Source of the DNA: Candidatus Nanobsidianus stetteri
GTDB lineage: Archaea; Nanobdellota; Nanobdellia; Nanobdellales; Nanobdellaceae
DNA: 32,000 nucleotides
Direction of reading: 5' to 3'
NCBI GenBank assembly: GCA_000387965.1
Contig: APJZ01000007.1
Coordinates: 7,240-39,239 of the forward strand
In this document: in pieces, positions 16,655-26,024 of the stretch
Layout: each line of letters begins with the position of its first letter
Numbering within the stretch: position 1 is the stretch's first letter
The notes under the pieces: generated by a model
What the model was told of the DNA's origin: nothing
The model's database searches: none
Seen by the model: only the letters and a program-made list of their open reading frames with translations
Position numbers and translations under genes: made by a program

Positions 16655-18456
16655 TAAAACTTATAATCCAACTTAAGTTTAGGCCAAATTCCGAGAGAAA
16701 TTAATTCATTTAATAATAAATTGAATGCATAAGAAACTTTAACTTTTGATATTTTTTCAGTTTCACCACAAATAGGACAATAAACTCTATTTCTTATATT
16801 ATCTTCAACAGCAAGAGAACCACATTTTTCACAAACATAAATAGTTGTATCATCAGAAGAATACATTTCTCTTAATAATATAGAAGCACCATGGGCAGCA
16901 AGGACCTCATGTTCCATTTCACTAAATTTCAAACCACCTTTCTTTGATTTACCCTCTGTTGGTTGCCTTGTTAATAATGTAACTGGACCTGTCGCTCTTG
17001 CCTGTAATTTATTCTTTGCCATATGCTTTAATCTTAAATAATAAATGCTTCCAATAAATATTTTAACCTTAAATTCATCCCCAGTTAGAGGATTATATAA
17101 TGTTTCTGTTCCATCTTCTCTAAATCCTAAAGATAACAATTCTTTCCTTAATTCTTCCTCACTTTCTCCATACCATGGTGTTCCGTCAACATATCTTCCA
17201 TTTAAACTTCCAACCTTTCCAGCAAGCAATTCTAATAATAAACCAACAGTTTCTCTTGAAGGAATTCCAGCAGGAGAGAATATTATATCAGGAACAAGAC
17301 CTGAAGATGACCATGGCATATCTGATGGATCAACAATCATCCCCAAAACACCTTTCTGTCCATGTCTTACAGAAAATTTATCTCCAAGTTCTGGGATTCT
17401 TAAGTCTCTTAATTTTATCCTAACAAGTAAATTTCCATCATTAGATTCTGTTATTACAACCCTATCTACCCATCCTTCCTCCCCACTACCAGTAGTTAAT
17501 GAAGAATCTTTCTTTCTTAAACCGGTTGCAATAGATTCAGAAGTTAAACCAATAAATCTGGGAGGTGATATCCTACCAACAAGGACTTCTTCTGGGTTTA
17601 CAAATGATTCGACAGCAACAATTCCGTCCTCTTCCAAATTTTTATATTTATCTTTTCCTCTATATAATTCCACGGAAGGATCTGGAATTGTAATTTCATC
17701 TTGTAATCCTCCAGAATATCTTAATCTTTCTATTTCATAAGATCTAAAATATACAGATCTAAATAAACCCCTATCTATTGAACCTTTATTCATGATAATT
17801 GCATCTTCAATATTATATCCTTCCTGTGTCATTACAGCAACAATTACATTTTGTCCTATTGCATAATCATCCTTAAATATATTAAAAGAAAATGTCCTGG
17901 TAATCGGGTATTGTGGATAATATAAGATTGATATATCAGTATCAAATCTATTATGGAAATTTAAAGAATATATAGCATGAGCCTGTCTCTGTGGTCTAAC
18001 ACCTCTATTTAATCTTGCAGATTGATTTCTATTTGAAAATGGAACCAAAGATGTAGCTATACTAAATATTACTAAAGAAGATAACTCTAAGTGAGTTGTA
18101 TCTTCCTTTATATCTTCAGGATATAATGCAACATTTAAATTTTCTTCTTCTGCAGGATCAACCCATTCAATTATACCTTCCTTTTCTAAATCTGACCATT
18201 TTATTTCTCCTCTCTTTAATTTTTCAATATGCTCTTTTGTTAATAATGGTTTTCCATCTTTTACAACAATTAAAGGTCTTAAAATCCTTCCCTTTCTAGT
18301 TAATATTTCTACAACATTTCTTGTTTCATCAAAATATATGTTTACAAAATATGGAATAATACCCTTTCTTCTTTTTTCCTTAAATTCTTCAATAAATTTA
18401 TTAGCATCATCTACATACCCAACAAAAATATTATCTATATAAACCTCATATGCCAT
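16654..18456 (-). CDS. rpoB1: DNA-directed RNA polymerase subunit B' (C-terminal half of B)
   Basis: 600 aa with ...GDKFSVRHGQKGV..., ...LRLKHMAKNKLQARATGPV..LTRQPTEGKSKKGGLKFSEMEHEVL..HGAS..., and a C-terminal zinc ribbon CEKCGS...CPICGE. Confidence 0.96.
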   Translation of the reverse strand: MAYEVYIDNIFVGYVDDANKFIEEFKEKRRKGIIPYFVNIYFDETRNVVEILTRKGRILRPLIVVKDGKPLLTKEHIEKLKRGEIKWSDLEKEGIIEWVDPAEEENLNVALYPEDIKEDTTHLELSSLVIFSIATSLVPFSNRNQSARLNRGVRPQRQAHAIYSLNFHNRFDTDISILYYPQYPITRTFSFNIFKDDYAIGQNVIVAVMTQEGYNIEDAIIMNKGSIDRGLFRSVYFRSYEIERLRYSGGLQDEITIPDPSVELYRGKDKYKNLEEDGIVAVESFVNPEEVLVGRISPPRFIGLTSESIATGLRKKDSSLTTGSGEEGWVDRVVITESNDGNLLVRIKLRDLRIPELGDKFSVRHGQKGVLGMIVDPSDMPWSSSGLVPDIIFSPAGIPSRETVGLLLELLAGKVGSLNGRYVDGTPWYGESEEELRKELLSLGFREDGTETLYNPLTGDEFKVKIFIGSIYYLRLKHMAKNKLQARATGPVTLLTRQPTEGKSKKGGLKFSEMEHEVLAAHGASILLREMYSSDDTTIYVCEKCGSLAVEDNIRNRVYCPICGETEKISKVKVSYAFNLLLNELISLGIWPKLKLDYKF

Positions 18457-18458
18457 TT

Positions 18459-19931
18459 TTATTTTTTATCTGAAATATTTTTAATTATTGGCCTTAATCC
18501 TATATCCTCTAACTTTCTAATCAATTCATTTTTATCAACCTCTTCAAAACTTATCTTTGCCAATATTGTTTTATTTTTTCTTAATCCAGTTTCATGACCT
18601 TCTGGTGTTTCTATTAAATCCAATCTACCCCAATGAGTACCATGAGCCATTCTTGCTTCTAATAATTCAGCTTCACCAGATATTGAAGAAACAACCCTTG
18701 TTAAATGAGATAAAACAGAAATTTTATTTGTTCTATCTAAAGCCTGAGAAATTCCTGTTCTATTCCTTGTCCATTTTCCAATGGCCATTACATTTTCAAA
18801 TCTTTCAGTAAATATTTTTGATCTAAATATAGATGTATATGAAGGTATTTTTCCTCTTTTTACCAACCTTTCATATTGATACATTGCATCTGTCATCAAT
18901 GTTCTTAAAGCAACTAAGAAATATTCTCTAATTAATTCTCCAGGTGTTCTAACTATTTTATTTGCAAAGTGATCTTTTATGTCTTCATCAATTTTTCCAT
19001 GAGCCAACAATAATAATTTTCTTGCCATCTTTAATAAATTATATGCTTTTAATAATCTATCATTTGGAGATGTTCCAATATTCGTTAATAATAAATTATC
19101 CAATATTGATAATAATTTTTCTCTTTTAACTTCTGGAGATCCTGTTAATTTTAATTTATCAGCTAAATATCTTATTGCATCTTCAGATGTTTTTATATTT
19201 TGAAATTCTAATAAATTAATATATACTTCTTCAAAATCTTCTCCTTCAGAAATTAACTGATTTATTTCAACATCCTTTTCTAAACCTAAAGCCCTTACTA
19301 AAGGTATTAACGGAATCTTTTTATATTTCTCAAATGTTAAATATAATAAACCATCTTTTGTCATCTCCATTCTATGAGCTTTTAATTGAGTTAAAGATTC
19401 AGATAATAAATATCCACTATATTTTATAGAACCTGATTCTCTTTGAACATAAAATTTATTTGTACCAAGTTCTTCAGATAATATAATTAATTTTTCATTT
19501 CCATTAATAATAAAATATCCACCTTTATCTGTCGGATCTTCTCCAATTCTTATTAATTCTTCTTCAGATAAACCATAAGTATTACAATATTTTGATCTAA
19601 CCATTATTGGCAATCTACCAATAGCTACTTGATATTTACTTTTAAATGTTTCATTTTCATATACAGAAAATTCCATAAATACTGTTCCGGAATATGTAAG
19701 TTTTCTAATCCTAGCCTCCATCGGATATATTAATCTAGAAACACCCTCCTTCTCCATAAAGTCTGCCTTCTCCAACCACAATTTCTCTATTTTAAATTGC
19801 AAATCCCTTAATCCTGGAGCTAATAATCTTGGAGAGAATGTTCCCAACTCTCTTCCTATCTTCGTCATTTCTACATCAACAAAATATTCAAAAGATCTTA
19901 GTTGTACTCCTAACAGATCATTTTCCTCCAA
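18459..19931 (-). CDS. rpoB2: DNA-directed RNA polymerase subunit B'' (N-terminal half of B)
   Basis: 490 aa with ...GRLPIMVRSKYC...DPTDKGGYFIINGNEKLII... and ...ISQALDRTNKISVLSHLTRV.... It is followed after 2 nt by B', so rpoB is split. Confidence 0.93.
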   Translation of the reverse strand: MEENDLLGVQLRSFEYFVDVEMTKIGRELGTFSPRLLAPGLRDLQFKIEKLWLEKADFMEKEGVSRLIYPMEARIRKLTYSGTVFMEFSVYENETFKSKYQVAIGRLPIMVRSKYCNTYGLSEEELIRIGEDPTDKGGYFIINGNEKLIILSEELGTNKFYVQRESGSIKYSGYLLSESLTQLKAHRMEMTKDGLLYLTFEKYKKIPLIPLVRALGLEKDVEINQLISEGEDFEEVYINLLEFQNIKTSEDAIRYLADKLKLTGSPEVKREKLLSILDNLLLTNIGTSPNDRLLKAYNLLKMARKLLLLAHGKIDEDIKDHFANKIVRTPGELIREYFLVALRTLMTDAMYQYERLVKRGKIPSYTSIFRSKIFTERFENVMAIGKWTRNRTGISQALDRTNKISVLSHLTRVVSSISGEAELLEARMAHGTHWGRLDLIETPEGHETGLRKNKTILAKISFEEVDKNELIRKLEDIGLRPIIKNISDKK

Positions 19932-20009
19932 ATATTTATAGAATAAGATATAATTTATCTGTATTATTATTAGCCACTTTTTATTTATATATATGATATC
20001 TTTATAAGC

Positions 20010-20324
20010 TTAATCTTCTACAACAACTCTATAATATATTTCTTCTCCAGTCCATGGATTATTTCTTATAATCTTAACAATATCTCCAGGCTTAGCATTT
20101 AAATTCTTTAATGCTGGATCTGAAATTTTGATCTTTGGTAAATCTGATAAGGATACTTTATATTTTTCTAATAATTCTTTCTTTTCCTCTTCAGATAATA
20201 TTATATGTTTTGGTACTAAATAATGTTTTGTTATATCAATTTCCGATAATTCCCTTGAACTTTCTTTATGTTTATTAGCCTTAGAATCTTTTTTAGACTT
20301 AAACTTTTTAGTAGATTTAACCAT
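20010..20324 (-). CDS. rpoH: DNA-directed RNA polymerase subunit H (Rpb5 C-terminal domain homologue)
   Basis: 104 aa. The C-terminal 75 aa ([25 protein letters not shown]...[26 protein letters not shown]...YYRVVV) match RpoH. They are preceded by a Lys-rich extension of about 28 aa. Confidence 0.88.
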   Translation of the reverse strand: MVKSTKKFKSKKDSKANKHKESSRELSEIDITKHYLVPKHIILSEEEKKELLEKYKVSLSDLPKIKISDPALKNLNAKPGDIVKIIRNNPWTGEEIYYRVVVED

Positions 20325-20374
20325 TTATTTAATTTTTATAAAAAACTTATAACTTTACCTCTTAGATATTAGGA

Positions 20375-21226
20375 ATGGGCGGAATAGCCATATTCACAAA
20401 AACCAATTTACAAGATTATAGAATAATAAAATTAAAAGAGGAAATAAAAAATTATAATAACATTAGCATCATTGATATAGAAAAAGAAAATATATTTCCA
20501 TATAGTGAAAAAATATTAAACTATGAATTATATTACTTTTTTGTTGGATCAAATTTTTTATCGGATATACATTTTTTGGCAAAATATCTCGAACAAAATG
20601 GAAAAGAAGTAATAAATAAAATACATGTTAAAGAATCTATAATATCAAAAACTTTATTTTATAGTATCTTAAATAAATATATAAAAATTCCAGAATTTGT
20701 GAAAATATATTCGATAGATAATATAGAATATGTAATAAATAAGATTGGATTTCCAATGATAATAAAGCATCAATTTATTCATAGAGGAGAATTTGTACAT
20801 AAAATAGATAATGAAAAAGAGTTATATGATTTTTTAGAAAAATATTTATTAGAAAAGAAAATAAACATAAAAAATTTAATATTTCAAAAATATATACCTT
20901 ATGAGAAAGATATAAGAGTAATTTTCGTAGGAAAACCAATTGGTGCAATGGAAAGAATTAATAAAAATAGTTTTAAAGCAAATATTAGTCAGGGAGGATA
21001 TGGGAAAGAATATAAATTGGATGAAGAAATAATAGATATTGGATATAAAATTATGGAAAAATGTGAATTACAAATATTTGCATTCGATCTATTATTAAAA
21101 GATAATCAATATTATTTGATAGATTTACATCATATATTCCAATATGAGGGATTTGATAAATATTTAAATAAAAATATTACAAAAGAAATATTAAAATACT
21201 TAAATGAAATTAGTAATAAAAGCTAA
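20375..21226 (+). CDS. ATP-grasp ligase, RimK-like family
   Basis: 283 aa with ...GFPMIIKHQFIHRGEFVHKI..., ...FQKYIPYEKDIRVIFVGKPIGAMERINKNSFKANISQGGYG..., and ...FAFDLLLKD..YYLIDLH.... The pattern matches RimK/LysX/MptN-type ATP-grasp enzymes. The substrate is unknown. Confidence 0.75.
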   Translation: MGGIAIFTKTNLQDYRIIKLKEEIKNYNNISIIDIEKENIFPYSEKILNYELYYFFVGSNFLSDIHFLAKYLEQNGKEVINKIHVKESIISKTLFYSILNKYIKIPEFVKIYSIDNIEYVINKIGFPMIIKHQFIHRGEFVHKIDNEKELYDFLEKYLLEKKINIKNLIFQKYIPYEKDIRVIFVGKPIGAMERINKNSFKANISQGGYGKEYKLDEEIIDIGYKIMEKCELQIFAFDLLLKDNQYYLIDLHHIFQYEGFDKYLNKNITKEILKYLNEISNKS

Positions 21227-21611
21227 AGGAAATAAATTAATAAAGGCAACACATAAAAGTACTTTAGAACTTACTAAGGATAATTATCTAACTGAAAGGG
21301 GTGATTGTATAATTGGTATAAGTGCAAATTATTCTGTAAAAGACTTACCAGAAGATCTTAAAGATCATTTATTAAATGAAGGAAAGATAAAGATTGTAAT
21401 TAAAGTTGATGATTTAATAGATGATATAATTGCATATGGTTCGAGAAAATTATTGTTAACAAATGATAGAAGTATTGTTATAAGAAAAAGCAATTATATT
21501 GATGATAGAACTTTAGCAATAAATTCAAATAAGAGTGCTATTGATATTGATAGAGAATTGATAGAAAGATTAAAAAATGAAAGGGAAATGGAATTTATTA
21601 TATACTACTAA
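21204..21611 (+). CDS. DUF371-like protein
   Basis: 135 aa. KATHKSTLELTKDNYLTERGDCIIGISAN resembles the archaeal DUF371 core (H..T.E.T....LT..GDCI.G). It overlaps the ATP-grasp gene by 23 nt. The family call is from memory. Confidence 0.55.
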   Translation: MKLVIKAKGNKLIKATHKSTLELTKDNYLTERGDCIIGISANYSVKDLPEDLKDHLLNEGKIKIVIKVDDLIDDIIAYGSRKLLLTNDRSIVIRKSNYIDDRTLAINSNKSAIDIDRELIERLKNEREMEFIIYY

Positions 21612-21616
21612 AAATA

Positions 21617-21624
21617 TTTATAAA
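21617..21624 (+). promoter_or_regulatory. Candidate BRE/TATA promoter of the surface-protein operon (leaderless start)
   Basis: AAAATA TTTATAAA is centred about 27 nt upstream of the ATG at 21648, which implies a leaderless or near-leaderless mRNA. Similar TATA-like boxes lie 24-30 nt upstream of other first-in-unit genes (3886, 5505, 7040). The chance rate is high in AT-rich DNA. Confidence 0.3.
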
Positions 21625-21647
21625 GAATAAAATGTTTATCCTTAATT

Positions 21648-22409
21648 ATGAAAAGGAGAGGTATAGATATGGCTGTCCAATTAATATTTGTAATAATAAT
21701 AATGCTAGTAGTAGCAGTTATTGTAATTAAGTTATTCCAGCAACAATCGTCAAAGATTAGTCAAATATCAAATACACAAATACAACAGGCAGTTTCTGAT
21801 TGTTCAAGCTATTGTTCAAGCCCATATACATTTTGTACAAAGTATGAAAATATAGGAAATGGGCTTGTAGAAGTAAGTCCTGGATATTATGTTTGTTCAA
21901 ATGCTGTTCCATGTAGTGTAGCATTACAATTATATGGAGGCTCTTCTAGTCAATGCCAATATGAAGGATTTACTATAACACCCCTTGATTGTATGTATCT
22001 AGAATGTCAAAATTATATTGATAATTTATATTATGATCCATTAGCAGCAACAAGTTATGTATTTGGAAATTATTCTTCTACTACATATTTTAATGCAACA
22101 ACTGGACAAGAAAATATACAAATTTCTTCTCCATCTCAAATATTAAATCCAGGTCCAGTACAATGTTCTGCACAATTACCAACATGGATTACAAATCAAG
22201 TATTTGGTGCATTATTAAAGATTATTAACTATTATGATACTGCAGATAATTGTAATTTGAATTTAACAGTTATTAATGGAGCATTAATGGTAACTGGAAA
22301 TTGTACAACATTGGGTATAAATAATAATGTCAATGGAATGCCATTATGTCAATTCTTATTGCAAGTACCATATTCCCAGTTAAATAATATACCAAGTACA
22401 ACAAGCTAA
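21648..22409 (+). CDS. Cys-rich extracellular protein with class-III (prepilin-like) signal candidate
   Basis: 253 aa. The N-terminus MKRRG/IDMAVQLIFVIIIMLVVAVIVI has basic residues, then Gly, then a long hydrophobic helix. There are 12 Cys, many N-x-S/T sequons, and no recognisable enzymatic domain. Confidence 0.7.
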   Translation: MKRRGIDMAVQLIFVIIIMLVVAVIVIKLFQQQSSKISQISNTQIQQAVSDCSSYCSSPYTFCTKYENIGNGLVEVSPGYYVCSNAVPCSVALQLYGGSSSQCQYEGFTITPLDCMYLECQNYIDNLYYDPLAATSYVFGNYSSTTYFNATTGQENIQISSPSQILNPGPVQCSAQLPTWITNQVFGALLKIINYYDTADNCNLNLTVINGALMVTGNCTTLGINNNVNGMPLCQFLLQVPYSQLNNIPSTTS

Positions 22410-22413
22410 TGTA

Positions 22414-24384
22414 ATGAGTTTTTTTGAATATTTTTATAATAACTTCAATTTAATAAAATTAAAAGCTCCTAGTCCAATATATAAAAAATATGCATTTCAT
22501 TTATGGTTAAATAGATTAAATACAAATCCGGATAATATATTTTCTTCTGTAATAACTCTTATAGTATTTTCTATAATCATATATTTCATTTTAAGTTTAG
22601 TAAGCTTTCAATTAGCTTTTTCTTTATTAATATCATTATTAATATTATCATTTTACTTTGCATATTATCCAATATTTTATACACAAGTTGTTAGAATACA
22701 AGTAACATCAGAAATTGTATGGATAATATTATATTTGTCATTATATCTAAAAAGGAATCCAAATTTAGAAAATGGAATAAAATATGTAGCATATTATATG
22801 AAAGGTTATATTGCAACAGACTTTAGATCATTATTATATAATTTGGAAACAAATAAATTTAATGATATTGAATCTGCATTGGAATATTATCAGAGAAGAT
22901 GGTTTTATTTGAGTCCGGATTTCGTATATGCAATGACCCATATTGTAAATATTAAATATAAGAATTCTATTGATGATATAAATAAATTATTAGATAGAAT
23001 TTTGGAATGGGTATTGAAAAAGTCTTTAGAAAAATCTCAAATATATGTAGATGCATTAAAGGAACCAGCAACAGTTATAGTATCTTTCCTAGTAATGATG
23101 CCAATAGTTAGTTTGATGATGTTACCAATAATATCTGTATTTTTATTAAATACTGTAAGTTTCTATTTCATAGCATTTTCATATATAATAATTTTACCAG
23201 TTATTACATTTTTAATAATTCAAAATTTCTTATCAAAAAATCCATTTGCATTTTCTGTTCCAGATTTATCTTTAGCAAGAGATCTACCAAAACCTGGAAA
23301 ATTTAAAATCGGAAATAAAGAAGTTCCAGCAATAATAATTTCAATAATATTAGGATCAATTGCAGTTTTAGGAATATATCATTTAATTTCCCTAGCTATA
23401 AAAATTACATTTATTCCACAGGGATTTTTAAATGATTATTTAAATATAGTTTATCAAGATAGAGCATTAATATATTCTGTTTTAACTTTAACATTACCTT
23501 TAGGATTGGGTTTGGGTATAGGATCTTATTATTATCTAACATCTTTCCAAAAGGTTAAAAAAATATATCAAATTGAAGAAATAGAAAATGAGTTCCCTAT
23601 TGTTGTATATGAATTCGCATCATTATTAGAAGATGGCTATCCATTTGAGATAGTAATTGAAAAAACATATTACAATTATAAAATAATAAAATCTTCAGGG
23701 GTTATGGAAAATTTTCTAAAAACAACATTATATAATTTAAGAAGAGGTTATGATTTAATTACTTCTGTATTCGATCCAAAAATTGGTTCATTAAACTTAT
23801 ATCCATCAAAATTAGTAAGAGAATCAATGCAATTGTTAGTTACTTCTGCATCAAAAGGTCCTGAAGTTTTATCAAAAATTGCATATAATGTATCAACAAA
23901 TTTAGAAAATGTGGATAATATAAGATATAATGTAAGGAAAATATTAAATGAAATAATTGGATTAATAGATATGACATCAAGAAATCTAGTACCATTAATT
24001 TCTGCAATGGTTACGGTTTTTAATAATGGAGTAGTTTCAATGCTTTTTGCACTTGCATATTTCTTTCAATTAATAGACCAATCTTTTGGTTTAGGTGGGG
24101 GATCAAACTTATTCAATTTCGTTGTAAATACATTTAATTTATATAATTTAATACCACCAACATTTTTTGAAGCAATAATCGGTATATTCTTTATAGAATA
24201 TGTAATAATAACCTCATATATGAGTGCTGGAATAAAATATGGATTTGATAGAACAATGACATCATATTATATAGGTAGAAATTTATTATTCGGAACAATA
24301 TTTTATGTAACATTTTCAATAATAGGAATATTAATAGTATATACAGTATTTGGCCCATATTTACCAACAAATATACAATTATGA
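22414..24384 (+). CDS. Polytopic membrane protein, FlaJ/TadC/PilC-like (two T2SSF-type repeats): candidate type IV pilus-like assembly platform
   Basis: 656 aa with two internal repeats of a soluble helical segment followed by TM clusters. Repeat 1 is ...VTSEIVWIILYLSLYLKRNPNLENGIKYVA...DIESALEYYQRRWFYLSPDFVYAMTHIV.... Repeat 2 is ...EFPIVVYEFASLLEDGYPFEIVIEK...LRRGYDLITSVF...YPSKLVRESMQLLVTSASKGPEVLSKIA.... Both resemble the FlaJ/T2SSF pattern (lp..l..la.l..aG....al......G.d...Al....PS..l.e.l..l....sGg.l...L). No Cys. Confidence 0.55.
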   Translation: MSFFEYFYNNFNLIKLKAPSPIYKKYAFHLWLNRLNTNPDNIFSSVITLIVFSIIIYFILSLVSFQLAFSLLISLLILSFYFAYYPIFYTQVVRIQVTSEIVWIILYLSLYLKRNPNLENGIKYVAYYMKGYIATDFRSLLYNLETNKFNDIESALEYYQRRWFYLSPDFVYAMTHIVNIKYKNSIDDINKLLDRILEWVLKKSLEKSQIYVDALKEPATVIVSFLVMMPIVSLMMLPIISVFLLNTVSFYFIAFSYIIILPVITFLIIQNFLSKNPFAFSVPDLSLARDLPKPGKFKIGNKEVPAIIISIILGSIAVLGIYHLISLAIKITFIPQGFLNDYLNIVYQDRALIYSVLTLTLPLGLGLGIGSYYYLTSFQKVKKIYQIEEIENEFPIVVYEFASLLEDGYPFEIVIEKTYYNYKIIKSSGVMENFLKTTLYNLRRGYDLITSVFDPKIGSLNLYPSKLVRESMQLLVTSASKGPEVLSKIAYNVSTNLENVDNIRYNVRKILNEIIGLIDMTSRNLVPLISAMVTVFNNGVVSMLFALAYFFQLIDQSFGLGGGSNLFNFVVNTFNLYNLIPPTFFEAIIGIFFIEYVIITSYMSAGIKYGFDRTMTSYYIGRNLLFGTIFYVTFSIIGILIVYTVFGPYLPTNIQL

Positions 24385-24665
24385 AATTACAACAATCAGT
24401 ATATTGGATTATAATAACTTTTATATTAATTATAGCTGCTGGTCTATTTTCTTTTTATTATATTTATAATGTAAAAAATAATTTAAGTGGAAATAATATA
24501 CAAACAATTAATTGCCAACAGTTGGAAAATTTATATAATAAAAGTTTTCAGGAAATAATTAATATTAAAGTATTTCTTAATGAAAATTGTACAATAAATG
24601 GAATAACAATACCTGCTGGCTATAGAATTATATATATTTATAACGGAAGTATTAATTATATATGA
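24381..24665 (+). CDS. Small pilin-like protein 1 (N-terminal hydrophobic helix plus small 2-Cys domain)
   Basis: 94 aa, MKLQQSVYWIIITFILIIAAGLFSFYYIY... The ATGA start/stop overlaps the upstream gene. The C-terminus is beta-strand-like (YRIIYIYNGSINYI). Confidence 0.65.
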   Translation: MKLQQSVYWIIITFILIIAAGLFSFYYIYNVKNNLSGNNIQTINCQQLENLYNKSFQEIINIKVFLNENCTINGITIPAGYRIIYIYNGSINYI

Positions 24666-25141
24666 AAAATGATATAGCAATAGATACTGTATTTATTATC
24701 ATAATAGCAATAATATCTGTTGCAGTTATATTAGATATTATTTACACAAAATTCTTTTACAATTCTCAAGCATATTATTGTCAATCATTAATATCACAAG
24801 GTGGTTTTTCTCCATCATGTGAAAAATATTATCCTTCAGCAATAAATATTATATATACGAATGAAAGTAAGGATACAATTTATTCAGATATAACAGGATT
24901 GATATTAAATTGCTACAATAATAATGTAAATACAAATAAATTATTTAACATATGTTATGATATTTATATAGATGAAAATATTACTCTACATTCATCAACA
25001 TTAATTCAATACATACAAACTTATACTTCATTTAATCCAAATAATGTTATATTTCATTTAAATAATAGTGATGGAAATATTTATCCATACAATAGTATAT
25101 TTATAATATACAACAATAGTTATATTGTAATATGGCAATAA
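24662..25141 (+). CDS. Small pilin-like protein 2 (N-terminal helix plus 4-Cys domain)
   Basis: 159 aa, MKNDIA/IDTVFIIIIAIISVAVIL..., with ATGA overlap. It has 4 Cys, including a ..NCY..(13)..ICY.. pattern shared with the next gene. Confidence 0.65.
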   Translation: MKNDIAIDTVFIIIIAIISVAVILDIIYTKFFYNSQAYYCQSLISQGGFSPSCEKYYPSAINIIYTNESKDTIYSDITGLILNCYNNNVNTNKLFNICYDIYIDENITLHSSTLIQYIQTYTSFNPNNVIFHLNNSDGNIYPYNSIFIIYNNSYIVIWQ

Positions 25142-25545
25142 AGTCTCAAGAACTTCCAATTAATTATACCTTCTTAATAATTATAGGAATAATTGTTGTA
25201 TCAGTAATTACTGGAATAATATTTTTATTAAAAGGAAATATAACTTCTTATATTAGTAATACAATACCTAAATATAATAATACGCAAACTGTAGTAGAAA
25301 CAAATGTAAGTTCAGTACAAGATGTTGCAATGGATGTTGTAGCATGTTATTATAAAAAAGCGCAGGGTCTTTGTTATTTAATTAATTATCAAGGATCTCC
25401 ATTTACATGTCAAGATTTAATAAACAATGTAAGTAGTATAGATCCAAACGTAGTAATGCAAAATTGCAATTATAATATAAATCCTGGAGAATATATATTA
25501 GTATATTCGGCAGGAAATTATGTTTATATTAATGTTCAAGGATAA
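25132..25545 (+). CDS. Small pilin-like protein 3 (N-terminal helix plus 4-Cys domain)
   Basis: 137 aa, MAIKSQELPINYTFLIIIGIIVVSVITGIIFLL... It overlaps the upstream gene by 10 nt and has 4 Cys (..VACYYKKAQGLCYLINY..). Confidence 0.65.
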   Translation: MAIKSQELPINYTFLIIIGIIVVSVITGIIFLLKGNITSYISNTIPKYNNTQTVVETNVSSVQDVAMDVVACYYKKAQGLCYLINYQGSPFTCQDLINNVSSIDPNVVMQNCNYNINPGEYILVYSAGNYVYINVQG

Positions 25546-25547
25546 AA

Positions 25548-25988
25548 ATGGAAAAGTGGTTTTGGATAATTGTAACAATTATTGCATTTGGTTTATCTTT
25601 ATATTTATATTTTAAATTTTCCAGTATAAATAATCAGACTCAATTATTATATCAGGATATATCTTCATGCCAAAATTTATATACAACCATTGAAAAAGTA
25701 TGTTATTCAAACAATGGAACGGAATTGTATATTAATATTGAAATAAATAAGTATTTAAATTATATATATGCTAATAATAATTTATTAAGTTGCTATATAT
25801 ATAATGAATATTATAATTATACAATACCATGTAATGTAATAATAAATACAGCAAATAATATGATTCAATATTATACTTCCGGACTATTTTATGAATTATC
25901 ATATGGATATCCAAATGAAAAAATTCCATTACTTGTTGAAAAAACTTCTCCAACAGAAGTAACAATTTATATAGAAAATCCAAGTTAA
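25548..25988 (+). CDS. Small pilin-like protein 4 (N-terminal helix plus 4-Cys domain)
   Basis: 146 aa, MEKWFWIIVTIIAFGLSLYLYF... It starts 2 nt after the upstream stop and has 4 Cys. Confidence 0.65.
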   Translation: MEKWFWIIVTIIAFGLSLYLYFKFSSINNQTQLLYQDISSCQNLYTTIEKVCYSNNGTELYINIEINKYLNYIYANNNLLSCYIYNEYYNYTIPCNVIINTANNMIQYYTSGLFYELSYGYPNEKIPLLVEKTSPTEVTIYIENPS

Positions 25989-26024
25989 AACATTTTTAAA
26001 ATTTTTAAATATTATTAGATCATA

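Noticed and set aside
17045-17740. 231-aa plus-strand ORF, plus smaller plus-strand ORFs at 16378-16635, 17175-17423, 18096-18299 and 18557-18811
   Set aside because: All lie antisense within the highly conserved rpoA'/rpoB'/rpoB'' genes, are low-complexity with no motifs, and are shadow ORFs.
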